Positions 40,202 through 50,301 of a stretch of 64,000 nt of DNA are shown piece after piece. The first letter of the stretch is position 1. Each line of letters opens with the position of its first letter. Location of the stretch: sequence record DRR723986_4803; one strand, 5' to 3'. The notes beneath the pieces were generated by a model that was not told where the DNA came from, made no database searches, and was given only the letters and a program-made list of their open reading frames with translations. Position numbers and translations under genes: made by a program.

Positions 40202-41638
40202 TTAGCGAATCGCCAGAAGCAAACGGCTAGGTGCTTCCAGGTACGCGATAACGTCATTCAGGAATCGTGCTGCTGCTCCGCCGTCAACGAGCCTGTGGTC
40301 GTACGAAAGACTCAACGGCATCATTTGACGGGCTTCAATCGAGTCGTCTTCCATCACAACAGGCAGTTTCCGAGTTCGGCCAACAAGCAGAATGGCAACT
40401 TCCGGAACATTGACAATTGGTGTGGAGTAGGTGCCGCCGATGGCTCCAAGATTGCTAATTGTGAACGTGCCGCCGCGGAGTTCGTTGACGCCAAAGTCGC
40501 CATTGCGAACTCGGGCTGCCAGGTCACCCAGGGCTTTGGCGATTTCAGGAATGCTCAGTGAATCTGCGTGGCGGATGTTTGGAACCACAAGCCCGCGATC
40601 GGTATCCACTGCAATCCCGAGGTTCACGTAGTCGCGATAAACGATTTGATCGTTGTCGGTATCAATCACCGCATTCAGCGATGGGTTCTGCCGAAGTGCC
40701 GTCGCGACTGCTTTGATCAAGAATGGCATCGTCGTAAGCTTGATGCCCTGCGATGCGTAGTCATCTTTGCTTGATTTGCGAAACGCTTCTAGGTCGGTAA
40801 CGTCGGCATCATCGAAGTTCGTTACACGCGGCACAGTGCTCCAGGACTTGTGCATTTGCGCGGCGATTGTCTTGCGAATCTTGCTTAGACGTTCAACGCG
40901 GACCGGTCCATACTCGTCCTGTGCTGGATCGCCTGGCAGGCTCGGATCAACGACGGCTGGAGCTGCAGCGGCGGCAGGCTGTCCGGCAGCAGCCGGTGCA
41001 ATCATTCCGGTCGGCGCGGCTTTGGCGGAAACCTCTCGAACCGAACGAAGAATATCATCGCGAGTGATGCGTCCACCCTCGCCGGTGCCGCCGACAGTGG
41101 AAATATCAACGCCAACTTCGCGAGCGAATCGACGAACCGACGGGCTTGCTGCAACCTCACCACCTGCGGCCGGTGCAACTGGTTCAACAGGTGCGGGAGC
41201 AGCGGATGCGGAAGGTGCTACTGGTTGTGGTGCTGGTGCGGCTGGTTGGGGTGCTGCAGGTGCCGGTGTTGCAACTGGCGCAGGAGGCGGCGTGGTCGCT
41301 GCAGGTTCAGGCTTTGGTTCTGTGGCGGGTGCAGGTTCTGGTTCAGCAGGTGCCGCCTCGGCAGGCTCGGCAGGAGCTGGCGCCGGAGCAGCGCTTGCAC
41401 CGGAGGCTTCGAGCTGCAAGATGACGTCGCCGATGGCGATTGTCTGACCAGCAGAAACGAGCAGCTTGGTGATCTTTCCTGCTTCTGGGCTTGGGACCGT
41501 GATGGTCGCCTTGTCCGTTTCCAGTTCGAGAAGTCCCTGTTCTTTGGTGACTTCCTCACCCTCAGCGACAAACAACTCCAATACGTCGCCGGACTCGATA
41601 CCATCACCAAGTTCAGGAAGTTTTACGTCGATCGCCAT
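40202..41638 (-). CDS. aceF: Pyruvate dehydrogenase E2, dihydrolipoamide acetyltransferase
   Basis: Single lipoyl domain (ETDKA), A/P-rich linker, E3-binding ASPSVRRFARE, catalytic DHRLVDG. Confidence 0.93.
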   Translation of the reverse strand: MAIDVKLPELGDGIESGDVLELFVAEGEEVTKEQGLLELETDKATITVPSPEAGKITKLLVSAGQTIAIGDVILQLEASGASAAPAPAPAEPAEAAPAEPEPAPATEPKPEPAATTPPPAPVATPAPAAPQPAAPAPQPVAPSASAAPAPVEPVAPAAGGEVAASPSVRRFAREVGVDISTVGGTGEGGRITRDDILRSVREVSAKAAPTGMIAPAAAGQPAAAAAPAVVDPSLPGDPAQDEYGPVRVERLSKIRKTIAAQMHKSWSTVPRVTNFDDADVTDLEAFRKSSKDDYASQGIKLTTMPFLIKAVATALRQNPSLNAVIDTDNDQIVYRDYVNLGIAVDTDRGLVVPNIRHADSLSIPEIAKALGDLAARVRNGDFGVNELRGGTFTISNLGAIGGTYSTPIVNVPEVAILLVGRTRKLPVVMEDDSIEARQMMPLSLSYDHRLVDGGAAARFLNDVIAYLEAPSRLLLAIR

Positions 41639-41716
41639 GAGAAAACTCTATCTAAATGGTTGTGTACTTTTGTTCTTGACTCAATTTGGATCACAGAGCT
41701 GCCCGTTTCGGAGCTT

Positions 41717-44440
41717 CTAAGCGTAAAGCGGGTTTGCTTTCTCTGGATCGTAGTCGAGTTCCTTGATCGCTTTCGCGACATCGGTTGGCTTCAGTGTGCC
41801 AGCAGCGCTCAAGCGTGAAAGAGCGGCAAGCGTGACGGATTCCGCATCCACTTCGAAGTGGCGTCGGAGGGCGTCGCGGGTCTCGCTTCGGCCCATTCCG
41901 TCGGTTCCTAGCACGAAGTAGTCACCTGGAATGTACCGCTGCAGTTGCTCGGGAAGCGCCCGCACGTGATCGCTGGCTGCGATGAACGGACCTTCAACAC
42001 CGTCCAAGACCTGTTCGATGTAACTCTTCTTGGGTTTCTCGGTTGGGTGCAGGAAGTTCCAACGCTCGCACGTCTGAGCATCGCGACGCAATTGCGTGTA
42101 ACTTGTCACGCTCCATACATCGCTGGCAATCTTGTACCGCTCCGCAAGGATTTCTTGTGCCTTGAGAGTGCTACGGAGGATTGGGCCGGTTCCGAACAAT
42201 TGAACGCGACCAACCGCTCCTTTAACCTCTTGGCTCTTCAGTTTGTAAATGCCCTTTACGATGCCTTCCTCAGCACCCTCGGGCAGACCAGGCATTTCGT
42301 AGTTCTCGTTCTCTACCGAAATGTAGTAGATCGCGGTTTCGCCATCTTCGTAGAGTCGCTTGAGGCCATCCAAAATGATGACGGTTGTCTCGTAAGCAAA
42401 CGCTGGGTCGTAGGCGCGGACAAGCGGGAATGCAATCGCGTTGAGCTGGCTATGACCGTCTTGGTGCTGGAGGCCTTCTCCGTTGAGGGTCGTTCGTCCA
42501 CTCGTACCGCCGAGCAGAAAGCCCTTGGCTCGCATATCGCTCGCGGCCCAGATCAAATCGCCGACGCGTTGGAAGCCAAACATCGAGTAATAGATGTAGA
42601 ACGGAATCATGTTCACGCCGTGAGTAGCGTAAGCCGTTCCAGCCGCGTTAAAACTCGACATGGAGCCAGCTTCGGTGATTCCTTCTTCAAGGATTTGACC
42701 GTCGCGAGCTTCCTTGTAGTAGGCGAGTACATTCGAGTCGACTGGTTCGTAGAGCTGTCCTGCGTGGGCATAAATGCCAACTTCGCGGAACATGCCTTCC
42801 ATACCAAATGTACGCGATTCGTCGGGTACGATGGGCACGACGTACTTGCCGATCTTCTTGTCCTTGCACAGACGCGACAGCAATCGCACGAAACCCATGG
42901 TTGTACTGATCTCTTTTCCACCAGAATCAGCGGTGAACTTGGAGTATTCAGCGAGCGTTGGAACCTCGGTTGTTGGCTGCTCAGTCGGTCGACTCGGAGC
43001 TGGGCCTCCTAGTGCGGCGCGACGTTCTTTGAGGTACTTCATCTCCAAGCTGGTTTCTGGCGGCTTGTAGAATGGTGCCTTAGCGACTTCTTCATCGCTA
43101 ATCGGAATGCCAAACCGGCTTCGGAATTCCAACAGCTCTTGTTCGTTGAGCTTCTTTTGGTTGTGAGCGACGTTTCTGCCTTCGCCAGCTTCACCCAGGC
43201 CGTAGCCCTTGATCGTCTTGGCGAGAATTACAGTCGGTTGGCCCTTGTGTTCAACGGCGGCTTGGTACGCAGCAAAGACCTTCTCAGGATCGTGTCCGCC
43301 GCGACGCAGGCCTTCAAGTTTTTCATCGGAGTAGTTGGCGACGAGCTCGGCCACGTCGGGGTACTTGCCAAAGAAGTGTTCTCGGATGTAAGCACCTGTC
43401 ATGCCAGTGTATTTCTGGTACTGGCCGTCGACGACTTCGCCCATTCGCTTGACGAGATTGCCGGTCTCGTCTTTCTCAAGTAGCGGATCGAGGTCACTGC
43501 CCCAGACGACTTTGATGACATTCCAGCCCGAGCCGCGGAAGACGGCTTCGAGTTCTTGGATGATCTTGCTGTTGCCGCGAACCGGACCATCTAGTCGTTG
43601 GAGGTTGCAGTTAACGACGAAGGTCAGGTTTTCTAGGCGTTCGCGTGCAGCCAAGTGCAATGCACCGAGCGTTTCAGGTTCATCGCATTCACCATCGCCA
43701 AGGAACGCCCACACGCGTTGATTGGAGGTGTCCTTGATGCCGCGATCTCGCAAATACTCGTTGAATCGGGCTTGGTAGATCGCCATGATGGGGCCCAGTC
43801 CCATCGAAACTGTTGGGAATTCCCAGAAGTTGGGCATCAGCCATGGGTGTGGGTAACTGCTCAAGCCGCCTTCAGGTTGAAGCTCGCGACGGAAATTCTC
43901 GAGATTCTCAATACTCAGCCGGCCCTCAAGGAACGCTCGAGAGTACATTCCCGGTGAAGCGTGTCCTTGGTAGTAGATAATGTCGCCGTCGTAACCACTC
44001 TCGCCGCGACCTTGGAAGAAGTGGTTGAAGCCTACTTCGTAAAGAGTTGCACTGGAGGCAAACGTACTGATGTGGCCGCCGATGCCTTCGTTTTTCTTGT
44101 TCGCTCGCTGAACCATCGCCATGGCGTTCCAGCGAATGATGCTCTTAATGCGGCGTTCCAGCTCACGATTACCCGGATAAGCAGGTTGCTTGTGAACGGG
44201 GATTGTGTTGATGTAGGGAGTATTGACCTCGAGCGGGACATCGACGCCTTCACTGCGAGCGCGAGTGTCCAGCGCTTTGAGCAGGTACTTAACTCGCTCG
44301 GGCCCCTTGCTTTTGAGCACGTAGTCCAGTGAGCTGAGCCATTCCTGGGTTTCGGCAGGATCTACATCTGGACCGACCGGGATTTGGCCACTTGCGAGTA
44401 CAGCGTCTTCTTTATCGTTCAAGATCTTTGCCTCTGACAT
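41717..44440 (-). CDS. aceE: Pyruvate dehydrogenase E1, homodimeric type
   Basis: GGHIST, SSYPHP, TVSMGLGP, GDGECDEPE, GEGLQHQDG. Confidence 0.97.
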   Translation of the reverse strand: MSEAKILNDKEDAVLASGQIPVGPDVDPAETQEWLSSLDYVLKSKGPERVKYLLKALDTRARSEGVDVPLEVNTPYINTIPVHKQPAYPGNRELERRIKSIIRWNAMAMVQRANKKNEGIGGHISTFASSATLYEVGFNHFFQGRGESGYDGDIIYYQGHASPGMYSRAFLEGRLSIENLENFRRELQPEGGLSSYPHPWLMPNFWEFPTVSMGLGPIMAIYQARFNEYLRDRGIKDTSNQRVWAFLGDGECDEPETLGALHLAARERLENLTFVVNCNLQRLDGPVRGNSKIIQELEAVFRGSGWNVIKVVWGSDLDPLLEKDETGNLVKRMGEVVDGQYQKYTGMTGAYIREHFFGKYPDVAELVANYSDEKLEGLRRGGHDPEKVFAAYQAAVEHKGQPTVILAKTIKGYGLGEAGEGRNVAHNQKKLNEQELLEFRSRFGIPISDEEVAKAPFYKPPETSLEMKYLKERRAALGGPAPSRPTEQPTTEVPTLAEYSKFTADSGGKEISTTMGFVRLLSRLCKDKKIGKYVVPIVPDESRTFGMEGMFREVGIYAHAGQLYEPVDSNVLAYYKEARDGQILEEGITEAGSMSSFNAAGTAYATHGVNMIPFYIYYSMFGFQRVGDLIWAASDMRAKGFLLGGTSGRTTLNGEGLQHQDGHSQLNAIAFPLVRAYDPAFAYETTVIILDGLKRLYEDGETAIYYISVENENYEMPGLPEGAEEGIVKGIYKLKSQEVKGAVGRVQLFGTGPILRSTLKAQEILAERYKIASDVWSVTSYTQLRRDAQTCERWNFLHPTEKPKKSYIEQVLDGVEGPFIAASDHVRALPEQLQRYIPGDYFVLGTDGMGRSETRDALRRHFEVDAESVTLAALSRLSAAGTLKPTDVAKAIKELDYDPEKANPLYA

Positions 44441-44638
44441 CGATGCACTCTTACTTGCTGAGGAACGAGCTGATCTGTTGTTTGATTCAGGTTCAGCTCG
44501 AATAGCGGGAAGATATTGCTTTGTTCTTTACTGTGGTGAGATTCTGTACGAAATAAATCGCCCATCCAAGCCATCTTTTCACCTGCCCACCTTGGAAACT
44601 GGGCAAAGTCGGCCCGTCGGGTGTGCGCATGTACACCA

Positions 44639-45670
44639 TTATGGCTCAATTACCACCTTCATGGCACCCGGCTCACCTGCATAAAGTCGGGCAAACCAAT
44701 CTGGTCCATCCTCCAAGCTGGAGGTAGCCGTGATTAGTGGTTCGACCTTGATATCTCCCCTTCGGAGATACTCTATGCACTCTGGGTACTCACCGTTGGA
44801 CGCACAACTGCCGTAAACTGAAATTTCTCGTGTCACGACGGCCTGGAGCGGAAATTCAACATCTGGGGCAAGGTTCCCAACCAGTGTGACGGCTCCGCCT
44901 TTTCGCGTTGCGTCCACGGCGGTTCGCACCGTTGGCGTGGCCCCGACGACCTCAATGGCGACATCGGCACCTCGGCCACCAGTTAGATTTTGGACCTCTT
45001 TGACGACATCGCAGTTCTTCGGGTTGAAGACGTGGTCAGCGCCGAGCGTTTTGGCTGTCGCGAGCTTGGCGTCTTCCAAGTCGACGGCGATCACCGTTGA
45101 TGCTCCGGCCAAGCGAATAGCTTGGACGACGAGCAGGCCAATCATGCCGCTTCCGACAACTACGGCGGTGTCGCCAAGCTTAACCGTCGATCGATTGGCT
45201 GCGTGCACTGCGATGGAAACAGCTTCGATCAGTGCTGCGTGCCGAAACGAAAGCTCGTCAGGCAACTGGTAGCAGATGTTCTGTGGGACAACAACATACT
45301 CGGCGAACGCGCCATTACGTCGGAACTCTTGGCAGGACACTCCGAGAACCTGGCGATTCTCGCACAGGTTGATTGAACCAGCCGCGCAATAACTGCACTT
45401 TCCACAACTAACCGTTGAATCAAAAGTGACTTTGTCGCCTTCCGCGAACGCGTCGACATTGCTCCCGACCTTCGCAACCGTGCCGGCCGCTTCATGGCCC
45501 ATCACTAGCGGAGGGATTCGACGACCGCTGGAACCGTCCCAGCCATGAACGTCACTTCCGCAAATACCGCACGCTTTGACCTGCACAAGGATGTCGTCAG
45601 GGCCGACTTCGGGCATCGGCACGTCGACAACATCGAGTTTCTTGTACTCGGTTAGGAGCATCGCCTTCAT
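44639..45670 (-). CDS. Zn-dependent alcohol/polyol dehydrogenase (MDR family)
   Basis: CGICGSD, GHE, CGKCSYC...C, GSGMIG. Confidence 0.92.
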   Translation of the reverse strand: MKAMLLTEYKKLDVVDVPMPEVGPDDILVQVKACGICGSDVHGWDGSSGRRIPPLVMGHEAAGTVAKVGSNVDAFAEGDKVTFDSTVSCGKCSYCAAGSINLCENRQVLGVSCQEFRRNGAFAEYVVVPQNICYQLPDELSFRHAALIEAVSIAVHAANRSTVKLGDTAVVVGSGMIGLLVVQAIRLAGASTVIAVDLEDAKLATAKTLGADHVFNPKNCDVVKEVQNLTGGRGADVAIEVVGATPTVRTAVDATRKGGAVTLVGNLAPDVEFPLQAVVTREISVYGSCASNGEYPECIEYLRRGDIKVEPLITATSSLEDGPDWFARLYAGEPGAMKVVIEP

Positions 45671-45712
45671 AAGTATTCTCGCAATCTTGTGCTATCGCTT
45701 CGCGAGCAACCT

Positions 45713-47137
45713 CTAGTGTTTTTTCGGTTTGTAAATCTCGGTTGCTGTTCCGAAATGCACCTCACCGGCGTTCATCAGCGTTTCGCTGAGGGTTGGGTGA
45801 GGGTGAATCGACTCAGTCAGATCGCGGACTTCGCAGCCCATCTCGATCGCTAGCACCGCTTCAGCAATCAGTTCGCCAGCACCTGCGCCAACAATCCCAC
45901 ACCCGAGGACTCGGTGAGTCTCAGGGTCGACCAGCCACTTCGTTAGCCCTTCGGTACGTCCAAGTGCTTGAGCTCGTCCGCTGGCAGCCCATGGGTAGGA
46001 TTCGATCGAAACCTTCCGGCCTGTCGCCTTGGCTTCGTCTGCGGTTAGACCGGCCCAGGCAATCTCCGGATCAGTGAAGACGACCGCCGGGATAGCCGCT
46101 TTGTCAAACGCGACCGGTTCACCGAGCCAAGCCTCAACCGCAATTTTGCCTTCATGCGATGCCTTGTGGGCTAGCATGGGTTCGCCGGCGACATCGCCGA
46201 TTGCGAAGATGTGTGGATCGGCAGTTCTTTGTTGGGCGTCGCAGATGGCAAATCCGCGTTGGTCTAGCTGCACAGCGGTGTTCTCAAGACCGATATCGCG
46301 GCTGACCGGTCTTCGCCCGACGCTAACCAGCACTCGGTCGAACCGCTCATGCCCATACTTGCCGGGCCCTTCGAAGGTTACCTCGATCTGCGAATCGACT
46401 TCCGCGACAGAACCGACCTTTGTATTGAGGTGAATTCGGTTCTCGAAAAGCTTCTGCATTCGCTTTTGTAGCGGCTTGACCAGATCGCGGTCGGCACCCA
46501 TCAGCAGTCCGTCGGTGAGTTCAACGACGGAGACTTTTGTGCCAAGGTTGGCGTAGACAGAGCCCATCTCCAGGCCGATATAACCGCCGCCAATGACGAG
46601 CATTGATTCAGGAACATCAGCCAGCTCCAGAGCGCCGGTCGAATCCATGACTCGGTCGCTACCGATATTGAAATTCGGTGGCATCGCTGGAACACTACCG
46701 GTCGCCAGAATGCAGTGATTGAAAGTAAGGCGTCCACCTTCGGGGATCGACTCATGATCACCGTCTAGCTTGAGGGTGGTGCTATTTTCGAAAGACCCGC
46801 GAGCCTGGATGACGGTGACGTTTCGCCGCTTCGCTAGCTGGGCTAGGCCGCCGGTCAGATTGGAGATGACCTTTTCTTTACGGGCACGCACTTTGTCGAT
46901 GTCGATCTTCGGCGCAGCATATTCAACGCCCCAGTCCTCTCGCATCTCGTCAACTTCGGAGATAACGCGAGCGACGTGCAGCAAGGCCTTCGACGGGATG
47001 CAGCCCCTAAGCAGGCAGGTCCCGCCCAATCTCGGGTCTGCTTCAACAATGGTGACTTCCTTGCCTTCGTCCGCGGCCAAGAATGCGGCTGCGTATCCAC
47101 CTGGGCCACCGCCCAGCACTACCAAGTCAGTATGCAT
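45713..47137 (-). CDS. lpdA: Dihydrolipoamide dehydrogenase (E3)
   Basis: GGGPGGY, GGTCLLRGCIPSK, GGGYIGLE, HPHPTLSE; start ATG 47137. Confidence 0.96.
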   Translation of the reverse strand: MHTDLVVLGGGPGGYAAAFLAADEGKEVTIVEADPRLGGTCLLRGCIPSKALLHVARVISEVDEMREDWGVEYAAPKIDIDKVRARKEKVISNLTGGLAQLAKRRNVTVIQARGSFENSTTLKLDGDHESIPEGGRLTFNHCILATGSVPAMPPNFNIGSDRVMDSTGALELADVPESMLVIGGGYIGLEMGSVYANLGTKVSVVELTDGLLMGADRDLVKPLQKRMQKLFENRIHLNTKVGSVAEVDSQIEVTFEGPGKYGHERFDRVLVSVGRRPVSRDIGLENTAVQLDQRGFAICDAQQRTADPHIFAIGDVAGEPMLAHKASHEGKIAVEAWLGEPVAFDKAAIPAVVFTDPEIAWAGLTADEAKATGRKVSIESYPWAASGRAQALGRTEGLTKWLVDPETHRVLGCGIVGAGAGELIAEAVLAIEMGCEVRDLTESIHPHPTLSETLMNAGEVHFGTATEIYKPKKH

Positions 47138-47316
47138 AATCAGTAGACGCCTATCAGGTGCCGATGCGAGTATCGCAAAAGCGTTCTCGCTGAAACCAAG
47201 ACTGCCGGATTGCACGAGCTCTGCGTGAGCAAGCCATCCGGCCCCTGGGACGACGACCTACCACGCGGCAAATCGTCGGACTTAAGAAGCTTAGTCGCCA
47301 GACGACCGTTCGTCTG

Positions 47317-47925
47317 TTATCGCGACAAGAATTCGACGACGATGTTGCCGTCAACTGGAAGACTGATGTCGTTCGCAGTTGGAACGCTCAGTACCGTTGC
47401 CTTGAATTCTTCGGAATCGAAGGACAACCAATCCAGTGGTTGTGGAGGATTGTTGGCAATTACGCCGCGGTAAAGATTCTTCAGGTTTTCGCGACCGCGA
47501 AGTTCGATTTCGTCACCAGCACGGACAATGAAGCCGGGCTTGTTGACCTTCACGCCGTTGACGCGGAAGTGGCCGTGGACGATTCCCTGCCGAGCTTGAG
47601 GGCGAGTTTTCGTGAAACCAGCGCGACGAACAACGTTGTCCAACCGACGCTCGCACATCAGGAGCAGGTTTTCCGCTGTGTTGCCTTTGGCCCCAGTCGC
47701 CTTTGCGAAGTAGATCCGAAGCTGACGTTCGCCAAGACCGTAGTAGTGCTTGATCTTCTGCTTCTCGGAAAGTGCCGTTCCGTAGTTACTCGTGCGGCGA
47801 CCGCGTGGGTGCATGCCTGGAGGCGTATCGCGTCGTTCGAGTGCTCGCGATGCTCCTGAGCTTTCGTAAACCAACATGCTCAATCGACGGTTTACACGTG
47901 CTTTTGGTCCGGTGTACCTAGCCAT
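47317..47925 (-). CDS. rpsD: 30S ribosomal protein S4 (uS4), no zinc-ribbon Cys
   Basis: MARYTGP, EKQK, ERRLDNVV, ARQGIVHGH, IVVEFLSR; AAGGAG Shine-Dalgarno. Confidence 0.97.
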   Translation of the reverse strand: MARYTGPKARVNRRLSMLVYESSGASRALERRDTPPGMHPRGRRTSNYGTALSEKQKIKHYYGLGERQLRIYFAKATGAKGNTAENLLLMCERRLDNVVRRAGFTKTRPQARQGIVHGHFRVNGVKVNKPGFIVRAGDEIELRGRENLKNLYRGVIANNPPQPLDWLSFDSEEFKATVLSVPTANDISLPVDGNIVVEFLSR

Positions 47926-47970
47926 TATGGCTCCTTACAAGCAGAAAATGTTACTAACGGTCCTTTCATT

Positions 47971-48034
47971 CGCCTTGCGGCGGGCCTAATCCCGAATTCA
48001 GCCCCGCAGTACGTTCTGCGAGGTGGGTTAAGCC
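47971..48034 (-). promoter_or_regulatory. Structured 5' leader of rpsD (candidate ribosomal-protein leader)
   Basis: Nested stems GGCTTAACCC/GGGATTAGGCC and CCTCGCAG/CTGCGGGG, followed by a CGCC-GCAA-GGCG GNRA hairpin. Confidence 0.5.
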
Positions 48035-48477
48035 TATTTCTGATTTCGCCGGTCACTCACTTTGACTGTTCACAAAGGAGCCTCGACCGAAACGAGCCCG
48101 ACAGTATCGGTGAAATGGGGTGGCTGAACAAGGTCTAAAACGTCGACAGATGTCACTTAGCAACCGACGCCATCCTACGCCTCCCTGACTGCAAGCCGGT
48201 CGTTCAGCCGCAGTAGAACAGAAGTATCGACGAACTGGCCCACCCGGCTGAGGCTTCAGTGGTGAAAAGCTCGGGCGACTCAGCACATAAATCCCACTTG
48301 GGCTGGCGGTTATTCTGGCGGATATCACAATGCGCACTTCAAAACGGCAAGGCGACAATAGGCCTGGGCCATCCGCATGGAGTTAGCTTGTTCAGCATCG
48401 CGCCAAGCTCGGACTCCGCTTGCGTTCCCTCGGCACTTCGCCGAAACCAATCAGATTAACTTCGCAAAGTTCAATTA

Positions 48478-50298
48478 ATGCGCCGAAGTGACCTTCGAAA
48501 TATCGTCATCATCGCTCACGTCGACCACGGAAAGACATCGCTCGTCGATTGCTTGCTGAAGCAGAGTGGGCAATTCCGTCAGTCACAGCTCCAGGGAACC
48601 CAAATCCTTGACAGCAATGACATCGAAAGAGAACGTGGGATCACGATCCTCAGCAAGAATATTGCCCTGCCGTACAAAGATGTAAAGATCAACATCATCG
48701 ACACGCCAGGTCACGCGGACTTTGGCGGCGAAGTCGAGCGCGTGGTCCGCATGGCCGACGGGGCTCTGGTCCTCATGGACGCCGCAGAAGGTCCCATGCC
48801 ACAAACTCGCTTCGTGCTTGCCAAAGCGATGGAAGCGGGCGTAAAGCCCATCGTTGTCATCAACAAGATCGACCGACCCGACGCCCGCTCCAATGAGGTC
48901 GTTGACGAAGCGCTCGAGCTGTTGCTTGACCTGGGTGGCGAAGAATACCTGGACGACTTTACGTACATTTTCACATCGGCAAAAGAAGGCTACGCAACCT
49001 TCGATCCGGAAGTTCGCACCGATTCGATGCAGCCACTGATGGATCTGATGCTAGAGAAGATCCCCGGCCCCGACGTTGAGCCTGATGCTCCGCTACAACT
49101 GCTGGTAACCAATTTGGATTGGTCGGAGTACGTTGGAAGAATTGCCGTCGGCCGCGTTCAGGCCGGTGTTATGAAGACAGGACAATCCGTTGACGTTGCC
49201 AAGATCGACGGAGTAAATGCCGCCAAAATCAATCAGGTCTCAACCTTTGATAAACTTGGACGAACCGATGTCGAAGTGGCGACTGCGGGCGACATCGCCG
49301 CCATTGTAGGTATCGAAGATGTCGATATCGGTGATTCCATTTGCGAACGCGGCAACGTGCGTGCATTGCCGCGACTGACGGTTGACGAACCAACGCTGGA
49401 AATGATCTTCAGCGTGAACAGTTCGCCATTTGCTGGTAGGGAAGGAAAGTTCGTCACCACTCGCCAGATTCGTTCTCGACTCGAAAAAGAGCTTGAACGA
49501 AACGTTGCACTGCGAATGTCTCCTGTCGAAGGCGCTGAAGCGTACGCGGTTCGTGGGCGAGGCGTACTTCACCTATCGGTCCTGATCGAAACGATGCGTC
49601 GCGAAGGGTTCGAGCTGTCGGTTGGCAAGCCCCGAGTCATTATGAAGGAAATTGACGGCAAGAAACACGAGCCCTTCGAGACGCTCAATGTTGAGGTCCC
49701 AGAGGACAAGGTCGGCCCCGTGATGGAGTTGGTCGGGCACCGAAGAGGCAATCTCGACGAGATGGTCCCTCGTGGTTCCTACACACTGCTCAAATTTGAA
49801 ATCCCAGCCCGAGGATTAATCGGTCTCCGCACGCGACTGCTCAATGCAACCCAGGGAACGGCGATCATCCACCACCGATACTGTGGTTATCGCCCAGTCG
49901 AGGGTGAGGTTCCAGGTCGTGCCAATGGGGTTCTGGTTTCCATGGTCACTGGCAAGGCTGTCCCGTTCGCACTCTTCGGTCTGCAGGATCGCAGCGAGCT
50001 GTTTGTTGCACCGAGTGATGAGATCTACGAGGGGATGATTGTTGGCGAGAACGCTCGCGACAATGACATGACCGTGAATCCGTGTCGCGAAAAGAAGCTG
50101 ACAAACATTCGCGCTGCAGGCAGTGACGACAACGTCATTCTCAAGCCGCCACGCAAGCTCTTCCTGGAAGCGGCACTGGAATATATCGAAGAAGACGAAT
50201 TGGTTGAGGTTACGCCTGAGTCCATTCGTCTTCGGAAGATGAGTCTCCGTGAATCCGACCGCCGCCGGCAAGGGCGAGCGGCCGCAAGTGCGAAGTAG
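48478..50298 (+). CDS. typA: Translational GTPase TypA/BipA
   Basis: AHVDHGKT, RERGITI, DTPGHADFGGEVER, GRGVLHL, EVTPESIRLRK. Confidence 0.97.
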   Translation: MRRSDLRNIVIIAHVDHGKTSLVDCLLKQSGQFRQSQLQGTQILDSNDIERERGITILSKNIALPYKDVKINIIDTPGHADFGGEVERVVRMADGALVLMDAAEGPMPQTRFVLAKAMEAGVKPIVVINKIDRPDARSNEVVDEALELLLDLGGEEYLDDFTYIFTSAKEGYATFDPEVRTDSMQPLMDLMLEKIPGPDVEPDAPLQLLVTNLDWSEYVGRIAVGRVQAGVMKTGQSVDVAKIDGVNAAKINQVSTFDKLGRTDVEVATAGDIAAIVGIEDVDIGDSICERGNVRALPRLTVDEPTLEMIFSVNSSPFAGREGKFVTTRQIRSRLEKELERNVALRMSPVEGAEAYAVRGRGVLHLSVLIETMRREGFELSVGKPRVIMKEIDGKKHEPFETLNVEVPEDKVGPVMELVGHRRGNLDEMVPRGSYTLLKFEIPARGLIGLRTRLLNATQGTAIIHHRYCGYRPVEGEVPGRANGVLVSMVTGKAVPFALFGLQDRSELFVAPSDEIYEGMIVGENARDNDMTVNPCREKKLTNIRAAGSDDNVILKPPRKLFLEAALEYIEEDELVEVTPESIRLRKMSLRESDRRRQGRAAASAK

Positions 50299-50301
50299 CC
50301 A

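Noticed and set aside
41140-41400. Low-complexity repetitive DNA in aceF
   Set aside because: Encodes the normal Ala/Pro-rich E2 linker
41945-43012. 355-aa plus-strand ORF opposite aceE (similar cases at 16762..17658, 22981..23736 and 36991..37650)
   Set aside because: Fully antisense to well-supported genes
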